Assembly: GCF_036321535.1 (NCBI RefSeq)
Contig: NC_087437.1
Coordinates: 31,312,001-31,376,000 of the forward strand
Origin: Camelus dromedarius
Taxonomy: Eukaryota
Reading direction: 5' to 3'
Length of the DNA stretch: 64,000 nt
In this document: positions 51,597-64,000 of the stretch, in pieces
Position numbering within the stretch: position 1 is the stretch's first letter
How the letters are laid out: the number at the start of each line of letters is the position of its first letter
Position numbers and translations under genes: made by a program
The notes under the pieces: model-generated
What the model was told of the DNA's origin: nothing
The model's database searches: none
The model's input: only the letters and a program-made list of their open reading frames with translations

Positions 51597-52199
51597 AAGG
51601 AAATCTACTTCAGGATGACACCTGCACCCCAATGTTCATAGCAGCACTATTTACAATAGCCAAAACATGGAAACAGCCTAAATGTCCCTCAACAGGTGAC
51701 TGGATAAAGAAGATGTGGTATATTTATACAATGGAATACTACTCAGCCATAAAAACCGACAACATAATGCCATTTGCAGCAACATGGATGCTCCTGGAGA
51801 ATGTCATTCTAAGTGAAGTAAGCCAGAAAGAGAAAGAAAAATACCATATGAGATCGCTCATATGTGGAATCTAAAAAACAAAAACAAACAAACAAACAAA
51901 AACAAAGCGTAAATAAAGGACAGAAATAGACTCACAGACAGAGAATACAGACTTGTGGTTACCAGGGGGGTGGAGGGTGGGAAGAGATAGACTGGGATTT
52001 CAAAATTGTAGAATAGACTACACTGTATAGCACAGGGAAATATACACAAAATGTTATGATAACTCACAGAGAAAAAATGTGACAATGAGTGTGTATATGT
52101 CCATGAATAACTGAAAAATTGTGCTGAACACTGGAATTTGACACAACATTGTAAAATGATTATAAATCAATAAAAAATGTTAAAAAAAATTAAAAAAAT
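51597..52199 (+). mobile_element. Young 5'-truncated L1 with a perfect 16-bp TSD
   Basis: Uninterrupted ORF2 end DTCTPMFIAALFTIAKTWKQPKCPSTGDWIKKMWYIYTMEYYSAIK; aataaa and A tail. TSD aaagaacatgagtctc at 51581-51596 and 52200-52215. Confidence 0.95.
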
Positions 52200-53639
52200 A
52201 AAGAACATGAGTCTCCAGATCAAAATTATTGAGGACAATGAATGAAAAAAGACCCACACAAGTGAAAAGGTAAGGAAAAGCATCTCCTAAAATATTCCAG
52301 AGAGTTAATAGAGTACACGCATGAAGGATGGAGAGTAAGGACTACTTAGGGATGGATTCTCAACAGCAAAATTGAGACCCAGAAGACCATGGAACAAGCC
52401 TTCAAAATTCTAAGCAAAAAGATGATGGGCAAACTGCCAACTAAGGGTGACGAACTCATAGCATTTTGACTTTACTGTCTCCCCAACACAATTCCTCAGA
52501 AGCTACTGGAAAATAGGCTCCACCAAAATGAGGATAAAGCCACAAGAAGGAAGCAGTAGATCCAACTCATTCAAGGGGAGAAGGAAGTTGTCAGGATGAC
52601 AGAGGGAGAGGTGCTGGGGTGACAGCCACACAGCAGGCACAGAAAGCACCAATGTAGGTTGTGGCAGGAGGATGGGGGCCTAGATGGGATGTTGCCAGGA
52701 AAAAATAAAAGGAACTGAATTTCTCACAAGCTTGACCACGGAGAAAATAACATATGCACAAAGTATAGGAAGATTTAACTCTAGCTTCAAGTAAAACTAA
52801 GTTAATGAAGCAATTGTCAACTAAAGGAAAACGAAAAGTTATTGAAGAAGGGAAATGTAATCATTGTAAACTACTCTGCTCAGCAGTGGACACTAAGCAT
52901 GCTGTCATTGAAATGAGCACACAGAATATGATTTTAACCTTAAACAGATGTGAATATATTGGGAAGATACTGAAGACAGAAGGGTGTATAAGCAGGAGCT
53001 AAAACCCTCACTGCACAGAAGGTCAATGGATTATGTCTTAAAAAGCTGGGCCAAGAGAGTAATGCATGCATATTATTGAGAAATCTAGAGATTAGTATCA
53101 GCATAAACAGCTGCATATGTTGGAAGTGGTTACCATCTCTGGGGTGCAGGCAGAGTCAAAACACTGCTGTTTTTTTTTTTTTAACAAGCCTTTTGGCATC
53201 AACTCTTTAAACATTGTGCATTTGTTTCTTTGACAAAGCTCAAGATTAAAACAATAACCACACACATACACACAAATTGGATAAAAATGCCAATGGTATT
53301 GAGTTGTCAATATTAACCATGTTACTGACAAGTCCAGGCACAGTCCTAGAAGTTTAGAAATACATAATCAGTGCTAGTTTTCCTACCCAAGATTCCATGA
53401 TCAGAAGCCAACCCATCACTCACTACATCCTCCAGAAACATGCCAGCACCAGAGACCCACCCACTATTTCCTAAGCAAGCAATACTGAGCCAGACCCCTT
53501 CCCTCAGTGGCATCCAACACAGGCTGTGCCAGATAACCCACTGCAGAATAAGAAGAAAACATAATTTCCCTTTATTTTATACCGTATTATTTTAAAATTT
53601 CTATTCACTGTATATGTTTTAGTTTTTCTTTTTTTTTAA

Positions 53640-54840
53640 ACTAACCACTGATACAATTTCAGACACTGAAAAGTAGCTAAAATAGTACAGAAGATTCCTC
53701 TATACCCATCACCCAGAATCCCCCAGGTGTTAACATCTCACTTAACTATTGTGTAAGTATCAAAATCTGGAAATTAACATTGACACAGTAATATTATGTA
53801 ACCTATGAATTGTACTCATATTTGTCCAATTGTCCCACTAATATCCTTTTCTGGTCCAAATTCAACTCAAAATCACATGTTGCAATTCGTTGTGATGTGT
53901 CTTTGGTCTCCTTTAAGCTGGATCAGTTCCTCACTTTTTCTTTGTCTTTCATAATTTTGACACTTTAAAAGACCATTAGCCAGTTATATTGCGTAATGTC
54001 CCTCAGTTGTTTTCCAGATGTTTATTAGTGACTAAATTCAGGGTAGGCATTTTTGGCAGGAGTACCACAGAAATGATGACGTGTCCTTTTGCTGTATCAT
54101 GTCAGGAGGTTCATACTGCCTCTTTTTTCCATTACTGAGGTCATGTTAACTTTGCTCTCTTGGTTAAGGTGATACCTACCAGGTTTCTCCATTATAAAGT
54201 TACTATTTTTCCTTTAGTATATATTAGGTACGTGTGTAGATATGTGAGTATCTTTGGGAGAGACATTTTGAAAATATGCAAATATCTTGTTTTTCATCAC
54301 ACTTTTGCCTACTTAATTTAGCGCTCTTCAATGATTCTTGCCTGAAACTAGTACTGTGGTGTTTGCCGAATGGTCATTTTCACTTCCATCATACTGCCTA
54401 TATTTTTTAGCTGGCATTCTACTGTAAGGAAGAGCTTTCCCTTCTCCCCTTCTTAATTTATTTATTCTATCATTGAATAATTTTATTTAATCATTTACAT
54501 CAGTTCCCCTGGAGCTCATGGATTCTGATTTTATTCTATGATTTATGATTCATTACTATCATTTATTTTGCTGTTACAGTGATCCCCAACCTGGCCACTT
54601 GAAGCATCTTTGACATGTCTTCTGTGTCCTTTAGGCATGTCTCCTCCTTCTTCTTCTTCTTCTTTTTTTTTTTTTTTTTTTTTAAAGACTTTTGCTTCCC
54701 AGCACCAAGGTATTCCAAGCTCAGATGTGCTTTCTCCAGCCCTGTAATCAGCCACTTCTCTAAGGTACCCTGGTTCCTTTTAAAGGAGATTAGTATATTG
54801 AAGTCAAGATCTGGGTGCCATGATATGTATTTTATGACGT
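53640..54840 (-). mobile_element. Old L1MC-type 3' region
   Basis: aatagtacagaagattcctctatacccatcacccag...aaattaacattgacacagta...ccaggtttctccattataaagttact...cagccacttctctaaggtaccctggttcc. Confidence 0.75.
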
Positions 54841-55399
54841 ATTAGCTTGGTAGTACAGGTAATTATTTTACATATTAACCAGTATATCTTTCTCTTATTG
54901 ATTGGGAAGCATAATCAATATTTTTGAAAAGCATGGCTTTGTTAGAAAACACTTTGTTAGAAAAGCCTGGGAAGTCATGCTGAGATTAGCAGACCCCTCT
55001 TTCACCAGTACAATCCGATGCCTGTTCCTCTGGTTAGCACTTACCTTTTCTTGCCCTGTGTTGTAGACAGCAGTTCACTCAATTGTCTTTCTGTCCTTCA
55101 ACTCCCTATATTGAAGAAGGTTCACGTGTAAAAGTTGCAAGGCAGTGAAGGCCAAGCAGGAAAGAGAGACTGTCCACAGTGTTGCCAAGTCACAGAGAAG
55201 CAGTAGGTGGTCACACAACCAGACGGCCGCCTATACACAGTGCACACCCTCAGGAAACAGAAAACGGTTCCTATGGTGCCTGAAGGAGTTCTGCAGGTAC
55301 CATTTCATTCCTTTAATGTAACTGTCTTGCTCCATCAGGGCTTCCGGGTCCACCTTGCTGTATACAAGTCTTTCAATTTCTAACTTGCTACAGTGCTCT

Positions 55400-55660
55400 C
55401 TGTGGTGAAAAGCAGACACAAGCCAGATTGCTTGCTTTCAAATCCCAGCTGGACTCCTACTAGCTGGGTAGCCTTGAGTAACTCACTCACCTTCCTTGTG
55501 CCTCAGTTTCCTCGTGTGCAAAACAAGATTGTAACACTAACAACAGCAGACCTGTGCTATAAGATTGTTGTGAGAATTAAATGAGTTGCTATATATAAAG
55601 TGTTTAGAACAAGGCCAAGTGCATGATACATGCAAAATTAGTGTAAACTGTTGTCATTAA
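55400..55660 (+). mobile_element. MIR SINE (near full length)
   Basis: ttcaaatcccagct...gccttgagtaactcactcaccttccttgtgcctcagtttcctc...gttgtgagaattaaatgagtt. Confidence 0.85.
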
Positions 55661-55784
55661 TACTCCAGAAGACTCTAGTATTTATGTGAGGGAGCCTCAT
55701 AAAGCGTGGCATGGAAATACACAAAAGTTCAGGGCAAAAAGGATTAGGTCACACTAGGGTTCTGTGTCTAATTAAAGACCAGTC

Positions 55785-55944
55785 TAGTTTGGGATTAATA
55801 GACACACACTACTATATATAAAATAGATAAACAATAAAGAGCCATGGTATAGCACAGGGAACTGTGTTCAGTTTCTTGTAATGAGCTGTGATAGAAAAGA
55901 ATCTGAAAAATATATATACATATTAAAAACAAACAAAAAAAACC
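55785..55944 (+). mobile_element. Short L1 3' UTR insertion with TSD gaccagtc
   Basis: agtttgggattaatagacacacactactatatataaaatagataaac...gtatagcacagggaac. gaccagtc at 55777-55784 and 55945-55952. Confidence 0.8.
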
Positions 55945-57599
55945 GACCAGTCCCCAAGAGGGAGAATTTATTCCACCTTTTCAGGCACTGACCCCTTCTT
56001 GCTGCTCTTTGCCTCACAACCAGGCATGCGTTTCCCCTGAAGCACCGGAAGGGAGCTGTGTGTGGACAAGGTGGCTATGGGAAAGTGAGGGGAGTGTGAC
56101 AAGCCACCGAGTGAACACGAGGCCTTTTCCTTCCATGGCAGTTTTACTAGAAGATCTGAAAGAAAATTATTATTGTTCTACAGCAAATGCTTTATTATGG
56201 TGTAGATAAGAGATTTGCATACATTTCTAAGCCAGAGCCAAAGCCATCTAATAACGTTTGCTTTTGTGGTCACTTTAGTGGGTCATAGGATAGAAATGTT
56301 TGAGAAGCACCATCTTACCATGACCCACCTTGATAAAATTTCCTCTTTCCTCAGCAGAAAATTCTAATGGAGCAAAAAAGGGAAAACAGCCATCTTTGGA
56401 TGGGGGATGGAGGAGCAGCTCAGAAGTGGGAAAGAAAGGCCCAAAGAAAGATGAAGGGTTCTAGACACACGTGGAACAATGAAATAGATACCAAAAAAAA
56501 AAAAAAAAAAAAAAAAAGAAGAAGAAGAAGAAGGTGGGCCTCCCCCAGGACAGGCCAGCTCCTTGCAGTGGTCCTCGTAGTGAATGTTGCTGAGCCACCA
56601 CTGGGCCTGCCTTACGTTTTAACATCAAGAGCAGCAGGTGCCTCATTTAAAAACATTAACAGCATGAATAGCTCTTCTCTTTACCAGGTAGTTCACTGTC
56701 GAAAAGCTGGGAAAATCATTCCACTCCACCATGTCAAGATTAAAAGTTGCCTTTTGTTTAATTACCAGATAGCTGACAAGTACAGATACGCACTGCAGAG
56801 CCAGCGTGGATTTGGGGCTGCCAGTGAGTTGCATCTGCTGTAGCGGTGGAGGTTTTAATATCATTAAGATTAAGGCAGCATCTCCTTCCAGACGTCTCCC
56901 GTGGTAGAACCAGGAAGTATAGCCAGCTCTACACTTTTAAAGAAGCAATAAAGAGTGCCTCCTGTTACAGCATGAAACTGGATTTAACAGTAGAAAATCT
57001 CATTAGGATAAATATTTTTTTACTTTTATCATTCTCCTGCCAAGTGGCTTGCTTTATTCTTCCATCCAGAAGATAGAATTCCTTTTAAAGTTAAATGCCC
57101 GTCCCCAGCAGCTGATACACAGTTGTATATATAAAATGCTCCAGTTAGGATAACAGAATAAGAAGCTACATGTCAAGATTCTGCATCTGGCTGGCCAGTG
57201 AGGATGACATTCACACGATGTAAAAGATCAGAAATTCAAGGCTCGAATCACATAATCTACAATGCAATGACAGATGCTCCCCTGTATAGAAATCACCACC
57301 AATAACATACAGAAATATTAGGTAGAATGAGTGGAGTTTGGTTAAATTTATTTTTTAGTATCTCAGTGAACATTTAGAAAACTATTCTTAAGAGAGTGTT
57401 TTGCCTAATATATTTCCTCAGTTGACAGAGATATTTTACCTCTACATGCTTGCTTCAAATAGCAGAATCAAAAGAGAGGACATGAAATATACAAATGTGG
57501 ATGAAGGGAAAAGGAAAAAGATATTCTGCTTCATTTTGTTTGAGCATGGGGATTGATGGGTGGGGCTGGTTTTAAAGAAAAGGTACAAACATGGCTTCA

Positions 57600-57745
57600 T
57601 CAAGTTGTTAATCTCTTTGAGCCTCAGCTTCTTCAAATATGAAGTGGAAATGTAGTAATACCATCTCACAGGGCTGTAGTAAGACTCAAATGCAATAATG
57701 TTGGTAAAATGCCCAGCACATAGTAGCACTCAATAGAGTTAGCCC
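57600..57745 (+). mobile_element. MIR SINE 3' half
   Basis: caagttgttaatctctttgagcctcagcttc...cagcacatagtagcactcaata. Confidence 0.7.
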
Positions 57746-57789
57746 TCTTCCTGGGCCCTCTGTTGTTGTGCCCAGCAAGACCCTGTCTG

Positions 57790-58310
57790 AGCACAGTGAA
57801 AATTGTTGGTTGTCTGCCCAGCAGACATCCCTTCTCAGGTACTCAAATTTTTGTATGGGTGCTGACACTTCCACCAGACTGCCATTGTCCCAGAAGAAGG
57901 CCTTTTGCTCCACTTCAGTTCCAAAGGTGGGTTCTGGGTTGCATTAAACCAATCAGTCCATTTTTTCCCTTAGCTAGAGTCACTGGTTCATGTTACTGAA
58001 ACAGCCTAATCAGATTCAGTCTCAGGAGTCTTGGAAAACTGAGACAAAAGGGCCCTGCTGCGTATGGACAAGGGAGCACGTGGCCGTAAGTGCCACTGAG
58101 AGTCCCCTTAACGCCACAAGGGAACCCAGCCTGGGGATAGCAGGCAGAGGGTTAGAAAAAAGTTGATCCTCAACTCAGTTGTCAGAACAACCAATTCTGA
58201 AGCTTGCACTTCCAGTGACAAGAGTCAATAAAGTCTCTTTTACAATTTAAGGACTTTCAACTGAGTTTTCAGTAACTTACTCCATTAAAAAAAAAAAAAA
58301 CCCAAACCTT
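57790..58310 (+). mobile_element. Old ERVL/MaLR-type LTR
   Basis: gagtcaataaagtctc...tttaaggactttcaactgagttttcagtaacttac resembles an LTR R-U5 end. Family uncertain. Confidence 0.4.
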
Positions 58311-58420
58311 ATTGATACACCAAGAAGTTTGAAACATCCTTGTTTCTCAGTGAGAAAGATTACAACCCACAGCTCAAGAGGATCATGAAACAAAAAGCTA
58401 GTAATTCTCAAATCTTCAGA

Positions 58421-58650
58421 TTTTTTTTGTATATATATATATATATATTTTTTTACTGACGTATAATCAGTTTACAATGTTGTGTCAATTTCTGGTGTAC
58501 AACATAATGCTTCAGTCATGCATGAATACACATATGTTCATTTTCATATTCTTTTTAACCATAAGTTACTACCAGATATTGAATAGTTCCCTGTGCTATA
58601 CAGTATGAACTTGTTGTTTATCTATTTTATATATAGTACTGCATCTGCAA
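58421..58650 (-). mobile_element. Short L1 3'-end insertion
   Basis: Poly-T/(TA)n followed by cagtttacaatgttgtgtcaatttctggtgtacaac...ccctgtgctatacagta. Confidence 0.8.
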
Positions 58651-58945
58651 CATTATAGCTGAATGAGCAGTATCTATAACCTGTATCATATCTTTCTACG
58701 TATTGCTGATCAGTGTTATTGTCTGTACCAGAATTACCTTCTACCACAGTTGTTCCTCATATATAAGAATGGTTTCACTTAGCTATTCTAAAATTAGAAT
58801 AAATTAGTTCTATCAAATAAATCTATACAGCAGATTAATTTCCTTATTTACTTCTGCATACGTTTTGTAGATCATCCTGGTACATACATTGGAAAAAAAA
58901 ATCAGGTTATTGCAACTCAGATGTTCATAGGCATGCCATCTGTAG

Positions 58946-59333
58946 CAGTGGTGAACTGAATGTTTGTGTCCCCTGCAAAATCTGTATGTTGAAACCTAAC
59001 CCCCAGTGTGATGCTGTTAAGAGGTGAGGCCTTGGTAAGTCACTAGCTCCTGGGGGTGGAGCCCTCATGAAAGAGATTAGCACCCTTGTAAGAGACCCCA
59101 GAGAGCTCCCTCACCCCTTCTACCGTATGATGACACAGCAGGGAGATGGTTGTCTATGAACTAGGAATAGAGCTCTCACCAGACACCAAACCTGCCAGTA
59201 CCCTGATCTTAGACATCCCAGGCTCCAGAACTGTGAGAAATGAATGCTTGCTGTTTAAGCCACCTATGGTGTTTTTTGTATTTTTGTTATGTCTATGGTA
59301 TATTTGTTATAGCAGCCCAAATAAACTAAGATA
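58946..59333 (+). mobile_element. MLT1A0-like MaLR solo LTR
   Basis: actgaatgtttgtgtcccc...gttgaaacctaaccccc...ctccagaactgtgagaaat...ttgttatagcagcccaaataaactaagata. Confidence 0.85.
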
Positions 59334-62300
59334 GCCATATTCTATGATAAAATTTATGAGGCTTAATTGACAAGAGAAAAATTCAAAAATTTTAGAAGAA
59401 AGAGAATCTTTCTCCAAATTTCATTTTTTTTAAATTTATGTCAGAGAGATATCCCACATCAGGAGAATACCCATGTTCAAACTATTAAAAATTCTTTTTC
59501 AAAGACTGACCAGTACCATTGCCAAAGGAAACCCCAGGATGGCAAACGAAACAATTCACTGATGATACAACTTTTAGCTTCACGGATAAAGATGTGTCAG
59601 GTACCTAGGAAGTTATCACAGCCCTGGAGTTTCAGTTCACTTAGATTTGTTGGTTTGTTCTTTTGTTGCCTTGCTCCAGACAAAATTTAAGGCAATGGGT
59701 TTGCTTACTCTCATTTTGAATGTTTTTAAATGAATTGGAATTCATTCCACTGTTCACAACTCCCACAGAATTTGACTGTAGAACACTGTACTCTCTGTTC
59801 CTCAAGAATGCTGCCTCCCTTTCATCAGGACAGAAACCATCTCTTTATTTTCCACCATTTACTGTCAACCAAACAGAAGAATTACAAACTGATAGTTTGG
59901 AATCACCAGGTTTGAGTAGGAAATAGTGTGCACCATATTTAGATTATGTTGAAGGAAGAGGTGCAATTTTCTGACCCACATTCTGCATGACTTCTTGACG
60001 TGTCAGCAGGAAGTAGCAAGTCTAGGTGTGAAGCTGGAAGACTGGACGTAGTGATAAGAGGATTACAGAGAAATAATGAGGATAAAGAAGTACTGAAAGA
60101 TAAGAAAGCGATGTCATTGCCCTTAGCAAGTCACTTGGCCATTCTTATCTAAATGTAAAAGGAACATTCACTCTCTTACTAGGATTAAAGAGCACATGTC
60201 TGGTGAAGGAAGAAATAATATTAAAAGTATACAGTGTCCTGTAGCTGCCTCCTCTATAGGGGAGAACTGAGCTGGGAAGGAGTGGAATCTCCAGGACAGC
60301 CTGTGTCTGACTACTAGGAAAAAGAAAACCACAGCCAGTTCAGATCCTTACTGCAGGGTGCTGTTCTGATTTGCAAGTTCTGCAAATGGGATTCTTAGGT
60401 TCTGGAGTTTTATTCAGTTTAGGACAAGGTGAAAGATGGAAGGGGAGGGAGGGATCACAGGGAAGGTTGGAAAATGCCACAGGACTCAGACAAGTCCAAA
60501 TTGTCTCTCAACCCCCACCTGCACCCACTTTTTTATTTCAAGGTAGGGGCTGAGCTAAAGATGACCAAATCTGTTTTTACCAGTCCTACACAGGTGGTCT
60601 AGTATCTCACTTTGAAATTTAGGGGTACTTACCAATGACTTTTTTTGTTCAGTGCCTTTGGTCTTTAGGCAAAAGTGAGGCTAAAAGTATCTCATTTCAA
60701 TAACCTTTCGCATGTTTCAGAACAAGGTTCAGACTCACATCTGGGCAGTTTCAAAGGCTCAGTTCTAACTGTTGTGATCAGGGAAACCAGTGTGTCAGAG
60801 CAGAGAGGTTGAGGACCCTATGCATGTGGGGTTTTCTGTGTGCAGGGTGAAGACAGTGCACTGTCCTTGGAGACATACAGCTCCATCCTGGGGAGAGTTT
60901 GGGGCAAAGTTTCATTTCTCCAGATAGGAGAGGTTTTACTTACTCGGCTTGGTTTCTGTATCCCTTTCTAGTGTCTTGAGTCTGGTGTGTTCTGATCCAG
61001 AATCATTTTGGCCATTGCCCAGATCCAGAGAGCTTATTCCTAGTAAACTGTCTTGTGAAGACCACTCTGTCTCTAAGCTTCAACAGGTCACGTGCAGACC
61101 TGTTTGGTTCTTTTTTCAGAGAGTCATCAGATTCAAGATCTTTCTTCAAGGAAGCAAAAAGATTGCTCACATTTCCAAAGTCATGCATACACATCACGAG
61201 CTCTAGTCATTGGCATATGAAATGCAAAGGGGTGAACAGAACAACCGCAAGGCATCACACATTCACAAATACACCATGTGGTCAATTAAGTGAACGTCCT
61301 GTTATTTTTCTTTCCCCAACCCACCTTCTCCCACAATGTAGTGTGAACAAAACCTTCCAGGATGGTGCATCAGACAACTTCAAAGCTAGAAGTGGCCTTA
61401 CAGATGACCTGCTGAGAGCCTGCCCAAGTGACTACCTTTCTGAGCCTCAGATCCCTCATCAGCAAAATAAGGATTAAAATATTACCCACCTAAACTGTCA
61501 TTCTAAAGATGACCTATGTGCTCAATTAATATCAATCTGTTTGTGTTGAAGAAACTGAGATCAGCAAGGTTGAAGGACATGTCCAAGCGAGTGACAGTGA
61601 TGGAACAAACACCAGTTTGTCTCCTGTGTGTTCTGTGAGGCAAATGGAGCCGGGCTCTCCGCAGACAGCCGGCAACACTTTAAGGCTAAAAGTGGCGGTT
61701 ACCTGTTTATGGGTATGGGTTTCCATTCCAGTGAAAACACATAGTCCTCCATCTCCAGAAGCTCAGCTGAGCACTGAGAGAGGATTCTCCACAGCCAAGA
61801 TGAGAGAGGACTGATAAAGACCCGAGGGGAAGCCCTTAAGCCACAAAGAGGCACGATTATAAACCAACGCCCCAAGTTTCTGAAGTTAAATAAGTAAATA
61901 AACAACTGAAGTTAGGTAAATAGCAACCACACAGCTGGTTTAGAGGGCAAACTGTGCCTGAACCTACGCTTGTTTTTCATTAGTGTTTACAATTCCTCTG
62001 ATGAAACCAAGTCCCTGCATTCTACCGATGCCCCAGCCCCCACCACGGTCCTCCCCCCTTGAGAAAGATCAACCATTTTTGGCCTCCAGAAATGGAAATT
62101 GCGTTTGGTTAAACCCAGTATTTGTGAATTAACCCATAACATATTCGCATTTTAAAGTGCTGCTTTGTTAAGGAATCTTTCTTTTTTCTTTGTTACATTA
62201 TTAAAGTATGACATCCCACATTTATAGGACTCTTGGAAAATACAGAACAAAATTCCACATAGTTCCACTATATAGTACAATTATTCTGTGTATTCACTCT

Positions 62301-63146
62301 CCTCATTTTGTAAGCATATCTGAAATATTTATCATTGTTAATAATATTCAGGCTTTAAATTATGCCGTAAAACAATGAACTAGACTGTTCCCTCACCTAG
62401 ATTAAGAGGAAACTGCACGGGATTATCTCTAAGCTTTCTTTTGTTTTTATTATTTTGTGTCTCTATGGCCAGATTAATTTAAGTACATCTTATTTGATCA
62501 AAACACAAAGTTCTGCATATTTGTATCTTTAGTCCTTATGGTTTATTGTTCAGGCAGTGTAACTACTTGCTTACAACTTTCAAAGTTATAGAGAACATTT
62601 CACATGAAAAAGGTTTAACGTGAGCAACGACTTTTTGCATGAGGGAGCCAATTAAAAACATAAACATGGTTATCAACAATGTTTTCACACAGAATAAATA
62701 GTTTCATAAAGCTTTTTACCTAAAATGCATAGTTTTAAACATAGATACCCTACATCACTGAAAGAAGGTCAACTTTTTTTGGGGGTGGAGTGGGGATAAC
62801 TACAGTGTTAGAATCCGAGCCTATTTGAGAAGAAACAAGCAGGGCCACATCCTGCTTACTTGTTCCTTGGTTTGTGTTACTCTTTTAGATCCAGAAATTG
62901 GTCTACACACATCATCTCATGTCAAGCTTTGAAAGAATTCCACAGGCTCCGTGTCATCCTCATTTTACAGACGGGGGACTGGGACACTCAGAGCAGCAAA
63001 GCTGACTTGCAGCTTTTACAGAGGCCAGCTGTGTGCCAAGGGTCAGGGGAATGAGAGAGAGAGCTACCTGTGGGTTAAATAATGATGCTTTCAACCTGGA
63101 AAGGAGTGCACAGGAAAGATTTCACCAAGGCTTCCTATAGTTTAGA

Positions 63147-63785
63147 CAGTGTTTCTCAAACACTGGAATCTGAGAGCTAATGAAAGTAATACCAAGGCCC
63201 AGGCTCACTGAAGCAGGCTAGGACCTGGACCTCTGCATTTTCTTCAGATCCTTCAGGTGGCTGATTCATACTAAAGTGTGTATGTGCGCATGTGCGGGTG
63301 CATGCATGTCATGGTGACTATCTGCATATGTACCAGAGCAAGTAATGACAGGTTTAATTTTAGCATGAAGTCCTCGGATTAGGAGGACGTGGATACTCAC
63401 TGAAATGGCTTACCTGGGGATGATAGAAAGCAGTGCTCTCACATTGTAGTCTGCACCAGAATTGCTCAGAGAGCTGCTTAAAACACGGACTGCCGGGCCC
63501 ACCCATGCCCAGAATTTGTAACTCGTTAGATCTGGGGTAAAGGCCCTAGGATTTGCATTTCTGACAGGTCCCCAGGAGCCACACTTTGGGACCAGTGGCA
63601 TAGACAAGCCAGTGGTCTAAAGCATGGCTGCACACTGGAATCATCTGGGATGGGTTTTTAAAGTACTGATGCCTGGCCTCACCCCCCAGGGATTCTGATG
63701 TAGTAGAACATCCATGGAGCCTGGATAATGTATTTTCAAAGCTCCCCAGATGTTTTAATGTGTAGTCAGTGTTGAGAATCCCTAG
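63147..63785. mobile_element. Cluster of three MER5-type MITEs (about 63147-63280, 63431-63597, 63610-63785)
   Basis: Each copy starts with cagtg(t/c/g) and carries MER5 internal motifs (tgcattt...caggt; gggcccaccc; ttgagaa). Confidence 0.65.
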
Positions 63786-64000
63786 TGCTAAGGCTCCCAG
63801 GAAAAGCAGCTTTACTCCTGAGTTGCCAGATTTAATCAGTTTGTCTACGTGTCCTTTCCCAGAAGCAGGTGAATGCACTGCACTCAGTGATCTTCCTAAA
63901 ATTCTTTTCCCAACTCAGAACTGATGTCCTGTCTAGGATGCTTTCAAAATGCATTTCCATGATATACAAGCATTTGATTCAGTTGATTATTTTTCTTAAC

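Larger units (their letters stand above)
49400..53250 (+). mobile_element. HAL1 (half-L1)-like element interrupted by two younger L1 insertions
   Basis: A-rich ORF1-like segment; cagaagctactggaaaataggctccaccaaaatgagg and the 3' actgctgttttt...aagcctt match recalled HAL1 motifs. The 5' boundary is uncertain. Confidence 0.6.
1..64000 (+). other. KCNAB1: Partial KCNAB1 gene body; the flanking exons lie outside the window
   Basis: I could not find the preceding (NLGKSGLRVSCLGL) or following (IVRAMTHVINQG) exon, so 1-18115 and 35977-64000 are inferred to be long introns. Confidence 0.85.

Noticed and set aside
51515..51874. 119-aa ORF as an active reverse-transcriptase gene
   Set aside because: It is only the C-terminal end of L1 ORF2 in a 0.6-kb truncated copy, fused to an A-rich flank.
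54937..54964. Direct repeat ctttgttagaaaa x2 (and similar short duplications near 690, 36900 and 42775) as an array
   Set aside because: These are simple slippage duplications with no repeat-spacer structure. No CRISPR-like array was seen anywhere.
1..64000. The supplied six-frame ORFs (60-179 aa) as genes
   Set aside because: They are short and low-complexity or repeat-derived, many with non-ATG starts and no recognisable domains apart from TE remnants. The real exons are too small to appear in the track.

Overview
Mammalian genomic DNA, probably a camelid (tRNA-Ala(AGC)-derived Vic-1-like SINEs and camelid-type L1 3' ends; this assignment is from recall, not a database search). The window lies inside KCNAB1 (voltage-gated K+ channel beta-1 subunit, aldo-keto reductase fold) on the + strand. 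Six small internal coding exons (38, 80, 45, 45, 44 and 87 bp, matching human exons 3-8 by recalled numbering) splice in frame through canonical GT-AG sites to GTWVTFGGQISDE...[10 protein letters not shown]. None of them appears in the supplied ORF track, whose entries are chance or repeat-derived. The rest is intron filled with L1, HAL1, L2, MIR, SINE, MaLR/ERVL LTR and hAT fossils. I found no prokaryotic-type or clearly new multi-gene system. The best leads are: a stop-free, frame-closed exon 3-8 block flanked by inverted L1s (candidate rolling-circle circRNA); a 27-bp templated insertion copied from 2.5 kb away; a roughly 2-kb Charlie8 transposon fossil; a HAL1 carrying two nested L1s with target-site duplications (TSDs); and a candidate internal promoter before exon 4. 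Repeat family names are by eye and need RepeatMasker/Dfam confirmation.
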